From: the human T2T-CHM13v2.0 reference genome, Homo sapiens
Direction: 5' to 3' (one strand)
Assembly (NCBI RefSeq): GCF_009914755.1
Contig: NC_060940.1
DNA: 64,000 bases
The translations under genes and the position numbers were made by a program. Position 1 is the stretch's first letter. Each line of letters begins with the position of its first letter. The notes beneath the pieces are model-generated. The model was given only the letters and a program-made list of their open reading frames with translations, was not told the origin of the DNA and did no database searches. Shown here piece after piece: positions 1 through 10,790 of the stretch.

Positions 1-2235
1 CCTGCCTGACTCTCCTGACTCAGCCTGCCGAGTGCCTGCGATTGCAGACTCACGCCGCCTCGCCTGACTGGTTTTGGTGGAGACGGGGTTTCGCTGTGTT
101 GGCCAGGCCGGTCTCCAGCCCCTAACCGCACGTGATCCACCAGCCTCGGCCTCCTGGGGATTGCAGATGGAGTCTCGTTCACTCAGTGCTCAATGGTGCC
201 CCGGCTGGAATGCAGTAGCGTGATCTCGGCTCGCTACAACCTCCACCTCCCAGCCGCCTGCCTTGGCCTCCCAAAGTGCCGAGATTGCAGCCTCTGCCCG
301 GCCGCCACCCCGTCTGGGAAGTGAGGAGCATCTCTGCCTGGCCGCCCATCATCTGGGATGTGAGGAGCCCCTCTGCCTGGCTGCCCAGTCTGGAAAGTGA
401 GGAGCGTCTCCGCCCGGCCGCCATCCCACCTAGGAAGTGAGGAGCACCTCTGCCCGGCCGCCATCACATCTAGGAAGTGAGGAGCGTCTCTGCCCGGCTG
501 CCCATCGTCTGAGATGTGGGGAGCACCTCTGCCCCGCCGCCCCGTCTGGGATGTGAGGAGCACCTCTGCCCGGCCGCAACCCCGTCTGGGAGGTGAGGAG
601 CATCTCTGCCCGGCCACCCCGTCTGAGAAGTGAGGAGCCCCTCCGCCTGGCAGCCGCCCCGTCTGGGAAGTGAGGAGCCCCTCCGCCCGGCAGCCGCCCC
701 GTCTGGGAAGTGAGGAGCGTCTCCGCCCGGCAGCCACCCCATCCGGGAGGGAGGTGGGGGGGTCAGCCCCCCGCCCCACCAGCCGCCCCATCCAGGAGGG
801 AGGTGGGGGGGTCAGCCCCCTGCCCGGCCAGCCGCCCATCCGGGAGGGAGGTAGGGGGGTCAGCCCCCCGCCAGGCCAGCCGCCCCGTCTGGGAGGGAGG
901 TGGGGGCATCAGCCCCCCGCCCGGCCAGCCGCCCCATCCAGGAGTGAGGTGGGGGGGTCAGCCCCCCACCCGGCCAGCTGCCCCGTCCAGGAGGTGAGGG
1001 GCGCCTCTGCCCGGCCACCCCTACTGGGAAGTGAGGAGCCCCTCTGCCCGGCCAGCCGCCCCGTCCGGGAGGGAAGTGGGGGGGTCAGCCCCCCGCCCGG
1101 CCAGCCGCCCCATCTTGGAGGGAGGTGGGGGGATCAGCCCCCCGCCCGGCCAGCCGCCCCGTCCGGGAGGGAGGTGGGGGGGTCAGCCCCTCGCCCGGCC
1201 AGCCGCCCCATCCGGAAGGGAGGTGGGGGGGTCAGCCCCCCGCCAGGCCAGCCGCCCCGTCCGGGACGGAGACGGGTTGGGGGGTCAGCCCCCCACCCGG
1301 CCAGCCGCCCCGTCCGGGAGGTGAGGGGTGCCTCTGCCCGGCCGCCCCTACTGGGAAGTGAGGAGCCCCTCTGCCCGGCCAGCCGCCCCATCCGGGATGG
1401 AGGTGGGGGGGTCAGCCCCCCGCCTGGCCAGCCGCCCCATCCGGGAGGTGAGGGGCGCCTCTGCCCGGCCGCCCCTACTGGGAAGTGAGGAGCCCCTCTG
1501 CCCGGCCAGCCGCCCCATCTGGGAGAGAGGTGGGGGGGGTCAGCCCCCCGCCCGGCCAGCCGCCCCGTCCGGGAGGGAGGTGGGGGGGTCAGCCCCCCGC
1601 CCGGCCAGCCCCCCCATCCGGGAAGTGAGGGGCGCCTCTGCCCGGCCGCCCCTGCTGGGAAGTGAGGAGCCCCTCTGCCCGGCCACCACCCCGTCTGGGA
1701 GGTGTGCCCAACAGCTCATTGAGGGCGGGCCAGGATGACAATGGCGGCTTTGTGGAATGGAGAGGCGGGAAATGTGGGGAAAAGATTGAGAAATCGGATG
1801 GTTGCTGTGTCTGTGTAGAGAGAGGTAGACATGGGAGACTTTTCATTTTGTTCTGTACTGGGAAAGGTTCTTCTGCCTTGGGATCCTGTTGATCTGTGAC
1901 CTTACCCCCAACCCTGTGCTCTCTGAAACATGTGCTGTGTCCACTCAGGGTTGAATGGATTAAGGGCGGTGCAAGATGTGCTTTGTTAAACAGATGCTTG
2001 AAGGCAGCATGCTCGTTAAGAGTCATCACCACTCCCTAATCTCAAGTACCCAGGGACACAAACACTGAGGAAGGCCGCAGGGTCCTCTGCCTAGGAAAAC
2101 CAGAGACCTTTGTTCACTTGTTTAGCTGCTGACCTTCCCTCCACTATTGTCCTAAGACCCTGCCAAATCCCCCTCTGTGAGAAACACCCAAGAATTATCA
2201 ATAAAAAATAAATAAATAAATAAATAAATTAAAAA
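1..2235 (+). mobile_element. SVA retrotransposon (young SVA_D/F-like); 5' end outside the window
   Basis: Alu-like domain at 1-~300, GC-rich VNTR at ~300-1700 (gtctgggaagtgaggagc and gggagggaggtgggggggtcagccccccgcccggcc units), HERV-K-derived SINE-R at ~1700-2199, AATAAA at 2200 and an (AATA)n tail. The variants ggttttggtgg and gaattatcaataaa resemble SVA_F as I recall it. Confidence 0.97.
300..1700 (+). repeat. SVA VNTR, GC-rich ~35-50 bp units, G-quadruplex-prone
   Basis: Tandem units with G-runs and C-runs are directly visible. Confidence 0.95.
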
Positions 2236-2372
2236 ATATATATATATAATTCTATTTATCTCCTTCCTTTCTTTGAGGTATAGGTATATGTGTACTATAC
2301 ACAAACACACACACACACTAATATATACACACATATATATACTCTTTATACATACTAATATATACTTACATA
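2236..2372. repeat. TA/CA low-complexity tract
   Basis: (TA)n and (CA)n runs. Confidence 0.8.
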
Positions 2373-2499
2373 GTTCCCCCAATACAAGTTTTTATTTTGG
2401 CTTTAAATAATCAGTTGTCTTCTTTTAAAAAAAGAACAGTTTAAAAATAGACTTTTCACTTATTCATTTAAATTTTTTAATGTTTATCCATAAACTTAT

Positions 2500-3030
2500 A
2501 ATTTTTATTGATCTTTTTTCCTGAAGATCTAAGTTTTCATTTGGTATGATTTTTCATCGGCCCAAAGAACTTTCTTCAGCATTTGTCATAGTGTAGATCT
2601 TTTGGTGAAGAATTACCTTAGCTATCATTTAACTAAAAATGTTATGTCACTCTCAATTTAAAAAAATATTTTTGCTGAATATAAAATTCTAGGTTGACTT
2701 TTTTTCTTTACACACTTTAAAAATGCCATTTTACTGTCTTCTAGATGCTATTGTTTCGAATTACGAATCAGAGACCATTCATATCCTTTTCCCTGTGTGT
2801 AATATGTTATTTTTCTCTGTATGCTTCTAAGATTTTCTGTTTATCTTTCGTTCTCAACAGTTTCATTATGATGCGTGTAAGTGCCTTTTTTTGTATGTAT
2901 CTGGCTTTGTGTTCACTAAGCTTCTTGGGTCCATAGGCTAACAATTTTTATCAAATTTGGAAATTTTCAGCCATTAGTTATTAAAATAATTTTTCTGTCT
3001 CATCTGGTTTTTCTTTTTCTATGATTTCAA
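2500..3030 (-). mobile_element. Ancient L1M ORF1-region fragment
   Basis: Resembles antisense old L1 ORF1 sequence (ttgctgaatataaaattctaggttgac...cactttaaaaatgccattttactgtcttct...aaatttggaaattttcagccatt). Confidence 0.7.
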
Positions 3031-3031
3031 A

Positions 3032-3240
3032 GTGTGAGGATCACTCGAGGCCATGAGATTGAGACCGGTCTGGGCACCATAGCAAGATCCCTTCTCTACA
3101 TTTTTTTAAATTATTATTAGTCAGGCCTGATGGTATACACCTATAGTCTTGCCTACTCATGAGGCTGAAATGAGAGGATTCAAGGCTGTAGGGAGCTATG
3201 ATAGTGACAGAGTGAGACCTCATCTCTAAAGAAAAAAAAA
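3032..3240 (+). mobile_element. Truncated, internally deleted AluJ
   Basis: gaggatcactcgaggcc...gacagagtgagacctcatctct followed by an A-tail. Confidence 0.85.
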
Positions 3241-3599
3241 GAGTATTCCTTTCCAAAAGGATCACGGCCCTGTGTCAAATGCTCCCCAACAGCTAGAAAC
3301 AGTTATCTTACATATTTCATTGCTTTTTATAGTTACTGATGATAGGAAGGTGAGTTCAGTGTGAGTTACTCCACCATGCCCAAAAGTAGCCTTATGTACT
3401 TTTCAATAGAAACAAGTAAAAGTTTTATATGTAGAACTTACTAAATGTAACTTACTAAATGTAAAGTTTACATTGTAGAAACTTTTGAAAATATAAGGGA
3501 AGGATGAACAATAAAATCACAAGTCTAGAAGAGAATAAAGGGATCCAGCACCTCATAGTAACAGGACTTTCTACTCTTCAGAGCTAATGTCATCAACCT

Positions 3600-4330
3600 A
3601 GTGATCTAGTCTCTTCTGGACATACACACATTTTAACAATATTCTAATGATTCCTTACATACAAATGTTTATCTTCCTATTTTTCACTTAACATAAGAAT
3701 AAATTTTTCCATGACATTCAGTATCTTTTGAAAACATTGTTTTTTTATGTCTACAGATGTTCTGTCATTTGTACTGGACATAATTTAACCACTTTTGGCA
3801 TGCATTCCATTCCCACATTTTTAATATTTATAAATAAAGTTGTATTGAACATATTTGTATATAAATAGTCATATGCATTTCTGACTTTTCCCCCAAGAAG
3901 AAAAATTACTGTGTCAAAGAGTATGAACTTTACTTAGGCTCTCTACATTATTCTTCCAAATTACTTTCCATAATGATTCTTTATGGGATAGATACAAATA
4001 TAACTTAAACTCCTCTTCAGTGCTACATTAATGTTTATTTTTCTGCATTCTTGCCAAATCTAAACATACTATTTTTAAATCTTTGTGAATTTTACAGCTA
4101 ACATGCCTCTTTATTCGCATGGCAATTTACCTTAATTTACGTACCAGTGAGGCTGCATATTTTTGTCTATGGTTATTCACATTTCTTTTGCATCCTGCCT
4201 TTTTTGTATCTTTAGCTCAAGATGAATAAGAACGTAGTGATTTTCTTCCCTTAGTGATTGTTATGTGTAAGCTCTCTTAATTTTTAAAAATCCTTTGCCA
4301 GAAAAAGTTCTGATATTTGACAAGTTCAAT
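3600..4330 (-). mobile_element. Old L1ME 3' region fragments
   Basis: Antisense L1M-like motifs (ttttcacttaacata, aattactgtgtcaaagagtatgaac, ccagtgaggctgcatattt). Confidence 0.6.
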
Positions 4331-4339
4331 ACATTTGTT

Positions 4340-4551
4340 TATATAATTTATACTTACAAATGTTATAAATTTCATATATTTATAATTGTATATAATTTAT
4401 ATATATTATATACATTTATAATTATATATAATTTACATATACATTATATAAATTTGTAAATGTAATAATTATCAATTTATTTGTATACTTATAAATTATA
4501 TTTGTACATATAATTTATTAATAACATATATAAATTTGTAAGTATACATAC

Positions 4552-4591
<40 letters not shown>
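4340..4591. repeat. AT-rich imperfect palindrome followed by a (TA)n(GA)n microsatellite
   Basis: Direct reading; inverted repeat at 4349-4361 / 4534-4546. Confidence 0.85.
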
Positions 4592-4788
4592 CTTCTCTTC
4601 TTAGGGAGCTTACGGTGAAACAGTCAATACTGCCTGCAAATAACTGCAGTGCCACAATACTCTAAGGGAACTCAAATGAACTGCTATGGCAATTCGGTTA
4701 AGAAAGAGAATGTTTCCAGCTAAAAGAAGCAGGAAATGCTTCAAAAGAGATGTTGCTTTGTAGCTATGCCTGTATGTATGAATGACAA

Positions 4789-5341
4789 CAGTGGATCACA
4801 ACCTTTTTTTTTTTTTTCACTTTTATTTTAGGTTCATGGGTACACGTACAGGTATGTTATATAGGTAAACTCATGTCACAGGAGTTTGTTGTACAGAGTA
4901 TTTCATCACCTAGGTGCTAAAACTAGTTATTTTTTCTGCTTGTCTCCTTCCTTCCCCGATCTCTCACCCTCGGTAGGCCCCAGTGTCTATCATTCTCTTT
5001 GTGTCTATGTGTTCTCATCATTCAGTTCCCACTTATAAGAGAGAACAGGTGGCATTTGTTTTTCTGTTCTTGCATTAGTTTGCTAAGGATAATGGTCTTC
5101 AGCTCCATCCATGTTGCCACAAAGGACATAATCTTGTTCTTTTTATGACTTCATAGTATTCCATGGTGTATAAGTACCACGTTTTCTTTATCCAATCTGT
5201 CATTGATCACAAACTTTAAGGTACATCAGTGTCACATGAAGGCCTTGTCTAAACAGACATTGCTGGTCTGAGGTGGGGCCTGAGAATTTTCATTTCTAAC
5301 ATGCTCCCAGCACCACTCAGAGCCCTGACTTTGAGAACAAT
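4789..5341 (+). mobile_element. MER5A (hAT-Charlie MITE) split by an L1 insertion
   Basis: cagtggatcaca at 4789 resumes at 5205 as gatcacaaactttaaggtacatcag...ggtctgaggtggggcctgagaattttcatttctaaca...ctttgagaac. Confidence 0.8.
4804..5204 (-). mobile_element. 5'-truncated primate L1 (older L1PA/L1PB-type) 3' end
   Basis: Poly(T), then antisense L1 3' UTR (ggttcatgggtacacgtacagg...tccatccatgttgccacaaaggaca); TSD gatcacaa(c/a)cttt at 4794 and 5205. Confidence 0.92.
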
Positions 5342-5476
5342 TAAACAAAGAAAACTTGGGAAGAATGCATTAAGTATTCCTAAGAGAGAAAGCACAAGTG
5401 TTAGAGAGAAATCAGAACTATTACATAAGCGAAAAACAATTCATAGAGAAAAACAGTCTGAACAAAAATTGGAGGG

Positions 5477-5633
5477 TTTGTTTGCTTGTTTTGAGAAAAG
5501 GCCTCACTCTGTTGCCCACACTGACATGCAGTGGCATGACCATAGCTCACTGCAGTCTCGAACTTTTGGGCTCAAACTTGAGCCTCAGCCTCCTGAGTAG
5601 CTGGGACTATGGACACATGTAACCATGCCAGCT
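5477..5633 (-). mobile_element. Alu monomer (FRAM/AluJ right arm)
   Basis: ctcactctgttgccc...gctcactgcag...cctcagcctcctgagtagctgggactat. Confidence 0.85.
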
Positions 5634-5869
5634 GAAAACGTGATTGGGTCCTGAGACAAACGAAACCAACACAGCTCTTTAGGGTTCTTCTCCCTCCCTA
5701 AATTATAAAAATCTATAGGGAATCAAAGGCACTCTTCAAATCTCCAAGGACTATATTTTACCCCAGGTTTATATACAAGGTAAGTCTATTCGCAGCAAAG
5801 GGAAAGAAGTATGTCCCATCATCAGTAATTTTTAGCCACACTGAAGTTCATCCTATACTAACACTTTTT

Positions 5870-6450
5870 TTAATCCGTTCACTTTTTAGTGTTTAACTTA
5901 TTTTAAAATTAACTTTATTTTTAAATGCACTACACTAAGTAAATAACAGGGGAAATTTTCTCTGAATTAAAAGGTACCTGTAAAAATCAACAGCATGAAA
6001 ATAAAACTTTATTATTAAATTTTAATTTGATATCATTGCTGGCAATAGCTTCTAAGCCTGATGTCTGCCCAATATTTGCTTAAAAGGAGACATTAAGAGA
6101 AATCAGAAAGAAGTGTTGCCTGATAAAATACAAAATGCCTAGTTAAATTTGAACTTCACATAAACAGCAGGTACTTTTTATGTACAAGTATGCCCTGTGC
6201 ACTATTTGGGACACACTTATACTAGAAGTATATTTATTATTTATCTGAAATTCAAATTTTACTAGATGTCCTGCATTTTTATTTGCTAAATTTGGCAACC
6301 CTGGAAAGAGATTAACACTATGTACTGGCATCACATGGATCATTTCTCCTAGACATATTCAGAAATGTAGAAAGAGAATTGGAAAGAAAATCATTGTCTT
6401 ATGATGTGTCAGTATTATCTAATGCCTTGTGTAGGTGCCAACTAAAGTGG
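5870..6450 (+). mobile_element. hAT-Charlie relic (MER113-like) interrupted by MER53
   Basis: ctaagcctgatgtctgcc...gaaagagaattggaaag...ttatctaatgcc; a related copy lies at ~11930-12330. Confidence 0.5.
6112..6302 (+). mobile_element. MER53 palindromic hAT MITE
   Basis: agtgttgcc...ggcaaccct termini; internal arms aaatttgaacttcacataaac / tttatctgaaattcaaattt. Confidence 0.88.
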
Positions 6451-7454
6451 AGAGGGTACCTCCAGGGATAAGGAAGGGTCCTTCACTTCGTAAAATGCTG
6501 TCCTGAAACGTGGATGGAAAACAGAGAATAGATTTTCAGACCATCTTGGACTCTCCATAGGCAAGATTGGCATCTCTGCTTTGAAAATATCAATTAATCT
6601 AACTTTTGCTTACCGGAGGAAAATCTAAATCCCTCTGGGGACCCTAAAGGGGGTTTCAGGAAAGAAAAAAATGGGAGATTAGTAGCTAAATTCTCAAGCA
6701 ATTAGTTTGACTAATGGGGAAACTGTATATACAAACGGCTGGGCTTTTAAACCAACTTTCTTTAAGATAACCATCAAATTCCTAGATATCAATTGAGGTT
6801 AACAAAAATAAAAAAAATAAAAACTGTTTGTTTGCCTGCAAAGTTTTTTCCTTTCTAATATTAATTCCTTATCATCAAAATGCCTACTAATGAATACTTT
6901 CTCATAAACAATATGCAACCTAAGAAACGCATAAGGTTATGTTCCAATTTGTGTTATATATTCTTGTGTCTGAGTGGAGTGCCCCTCCAATTAGTGTCTC
7001 AGATTTGTGTACTTTTTCTCCCACAAAAGGAGACTCAAGGAAAGCATGGTGCCTGCTAAAATGGATGGCAAGAGTAAAGATTACAATGTATATCCATTCT
7101 CTAAGTACCCAGAATGTTGACTCTTCCAGAGCCATCAGATCTCTTCACCTCCTTGCCTGGATCATCTCAAGCTCTGGAAAGTCTGAGCAGGTTGTATGAT
7201 TGAGAGTTAAATAAGGGGAACATGGGCAGATTGTCAACAAGCACTAAAGGTACTTCAACTAAAAATTAAGTAAGGGTTATTTGCAAGGGAATGAACGAAA
7301 GGCCCCTGATCTAAGCAGGGTACACTTGGAGTAAACTAGTAGATTACATAGCCATCACATAAACACACCAAAATGTAAAAAAATAAAGGAAATATTCTTG
7401 CTAACATCATGGCAGATGGTTTACATTAGCCAGCAAATGTAAATGATAGATCAC

Positions 7455-7510
7455 TCCCACTTTACAGGGGCTGAAACTGAGGCAAGGAAAAGCAGTGACT
7501 TACCCCATTT
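7455..7510 (-). mobile_element. MIR core fragment
   Basis: cccactttacaggggctgaaactgaggc...gtgacttaccc. Confidence 0.65.
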
Positions 7511-7561
7511 CTATTGCCTGCAAATCCTGCCCCACAGTAAACAGAAAAGATGGGAAAGACA

Positions 7562-7906
<345 letters not shown>

Positions 7907-8192
7907 TCAACAGCCAGACTTCTTGGCCACTCCCTCCTCATAGTGGAGACAGGAGGCTAAGCTTGGCGACACCAGCTGCTTCAATGACTCAACCTGCTTT
8001 GTTCTTGTGGCACACTCAACAAACAATCTTCTGATGGCAATTTGGCTTTCCCTGCAACCATTCAAATGCCAGAAATTGGGGAGTGGTGCCACCAGGAGCT
8101 TCTTAGTCTGTAAAGCAGTGATAAGCTTGCAACGTTCTGAGCTTGCAACAATGAAAACTAGATCTTGGATCATGTTGATCAAAGGCTGGTTT

Positions 8193-8814
8193 TGTCAGAG
8201 GCGTTTGAACCAGAGCAACTCCATCTTGAATAGGTGCTGGGTCAAATAAGGCTGAGACCTACTGGGCTGCACTCCCAAAGGTTAGGCATTCTAAGTCACA
8301 GGATGAGATAGGAGGTCAGCACAAAATACAGGTCACAAAGACCTTACTGATAAAACAGTATGTGGTAAAGGAGCTGGCCAAATCCCACCAAAACCAAGAA
8401 GGCAATGAAAGTGACATCTGATCATCCTCACTGCTCATTACATGCTAATCATAATTCATTAGCATGCTAAGAGACACTCCCACCAGCATCATGATTGGTC
8501 ACAGATGCCATGGCAATGTCTGAAAGTTACCCTATATGTTCTAAAAAAGGGAGGACCCCTCAGTTCTTTGAACTGCCCACCCCTTTCCCAGAAAACTCAT
8601 TAATGATCGCTTGTTTAGCACATAATCAAGAGACAACAATAAAAATAGTCAACCAGCAGCCCTCAGGGCTGCTCTGCCTATAGAGTAGCCATTGTTTTGT
8701 TTCTTTACTTCTCTAAAAACTTGCTTTCACTTTATGGATTTGCCTCCAATTCTTTCTTGTGTGAGATCCAAGAACCTCTCTTGGGGTCTGGATAGGGATC
8801 CCTTTCCGGTAACA
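8193..8814 (+). mobile_element. MER41B solo LTR (ERV1)
   Basis: tgtcagaggcgtttgaaccagagcaactccatcttg...ccctttccggtaaca; TG..CA ends; 4-bp TSD gttt at 8189 and 8815. Confidence 0.93.
8564..8593 (+). promoter_or_regulatory. Tandem GAS (STAT) cores within MER41B
   Basis: TTCTTTGAA (8564-8572) and TTCCCAGAA (8585-8593) both fit TTCN3GAA at the canonical MER41B positions. Confidence 0.55.
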
Positions 8815-10574
8815 GTTTCTCCTCTTCCTGGCCTGCCCTATAAACAACATATGGGGGCTTTCTTGCTCATGCATTCTCTCTTTTCTTCCTCTCTCTTTGC
8901 AGATCAGGAAGCCTGAGGAATAGATTTGTGAGTGGGAAAAGCCTTGTTTTGCGCCCAGCCCATCCAAATACACCTTTGCCCTCATGGTTGTTAATTTCCA
9001 GGAAGAAACTCAATTTGGAAAAGGCTTTTAAATGCTCCTCATACCCTTTCTTTCAGATTCTAGATTACAACACCCCCATGGGTACCAGCGGAGGACAAGG
9101 ACCATGAATATTCCACGTCTGTCTGAAACCTTTATCAAGCAGAGGTCAAGAACAGCTCTTTCCTTTTCAAAATTCAAGGCAAATGTCCAAAATTTTCAAC
9201 CATGCGGATTTTTAAAGCAACAAAATTGAGACTGTCTTACCACCTAGAATTTCATGATTGCTCATTTATTCCATCACTGTATAAGCAGTTGTTCTATTAT
9301 TTTATAAAAAGAAATGGAGTTGAATTAAGACTATCAAGCTATACCTTATATTAATGGAAGACAAGATTCACAGTTTAAGTATTTTTTTCTTAGTTTAGCT
9401 TATTAGTCTTTTCTAAATTATCCTAATCACCAAGTATTATACTTACATATTCTGAAGTATTTAAAAGCATAAATAAGAATGAAAAGCAGCCCCAGGCAGC
9501 TTCTTGCATTACATCTGGGCAACTGCTGACATTCTAGGATCAAAAACTGAAACTAATATATCTACTTAGTCTGGTAGTAGACAAGGCAGCCTTCATTCTG
9601 ACTTCTGCCCAACAGACAGGAGAGAGGAGTTTACTTTTGGTCTGAGGGGACTGCCCTGAGATCAAGTTTTTCCCCAATAGGCACCACGTTGCAATTTTCA
9701 CTGTGTGAAGGGCTAGCGGGTCAACCCCAAGGTCCGACCAGGTGGTGACAGATAAGTGAGTTCCTCTAGGGACCCAACATGTACCTCCCACCAACCCAGA
9801 AGACCTGGCCTGACTGTTGCTGGGATCCAGCCAGCCATTCCAGAGGGCCAGGCCATCCCTACTTTGTGTCAATCAACCCTTCTCTCAAGTTAATGTCTGT
9901 CTGCGGGATGCCAGCCAGAAAGGTATCTCTGATTGGTTTTAGGGCTTATCTCAGGACTAACCTTGGGGACAGGCAGTCTCCAGGCTTTGAGGGATTTTCC
10001 TGTAAATTGCCTGGATAACAAACCCACAAAAACATCCAGCTTTGAGTTAAAACAATAACAACAACCAAAAATTGCTTTTCCTGCTCGCTTAGGCATTTTG
10101 CTGGTGGGGAAGGAGTTGCACATGCTAGTTTATTAAATGTTCACAACAATCAGTACCTTAAGCTATACTATAAGGGCTATTTTAGGGGTGATGGTGGGGG
10201 CGGAGGTGGATGTAAGTCTTAGATTGAATGAATTGCCAGAGACTCAAAGCTAGAAACTGACCAAGGAGAGAGTTTCTTTAACCACCATCAGCTTCAAGCT
10301 GACTCTCCTGGTATAAAGCTTTGAGATTCTAAAGACTCTGTGCCCAGCAGATGTGAGCAGCCATTGGCATACAAAATGGTCCCATCCTTATGTTGCTATT
10401 TCTGCTTCAGCCCTTTATTTTCTTCTAGCTCTTTCTTTCATTTCCCGTGTGATCTTGGGCAAGTCTCCTAATTCCTTTGACTCTCACTTTCCTCAGCAGT
10501 ACAACCACAGTTCTTTCCCAGATCACAAGAATTTAAAAACGAAATGACTATGACCAGATGTGAGAGGCAGTTAA

Positions 10575-10790
10575 ACCTGCTGTAGTGAAGAGTTTTGAGC
10601 CTGGGAGTAGATTGGCAGCACTGGAATCCCATCTCTGTGACCTTGGGCAAGTGACCTAAAGATCTGTTCCTCAGTGGAGAAAAAGGAATTTGTACCTCAT
10701 AGGACTGTTGTACCTTTTAAGTAAATTACTGTATTAAAGGGGCTTGAAATAATTCCTTGCACGCTCTATGTTAAGTTGCTATTATTTTGT
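10575..10790 (+). mobile_element. MIR
   Basis: ctgtgaccttgggcaagtgacc...gtacctcatagg...gctattatt. Confidence 0.75.

Noticed and set aside
300-1700. CRISPR-like or CpG-island-promoter appearance
   Set aside because: The units are contiguous SVA VNTR repeats with no unique spacers; there are no cas genes and the DNA is primate.
179-2032. Long Pro/Gly/Arg-rich ORFs up to 272 aa
   Set aside because: They are translations of the stop-poor, GC-rich SVA VNTR and SINE-R, and occur in several frames on both strands.
3435-3465. Short tandem duplications (also near 19180, 50933 and 57210)
   Set aside because: Ordinary 11-19 bp slippage duplications.
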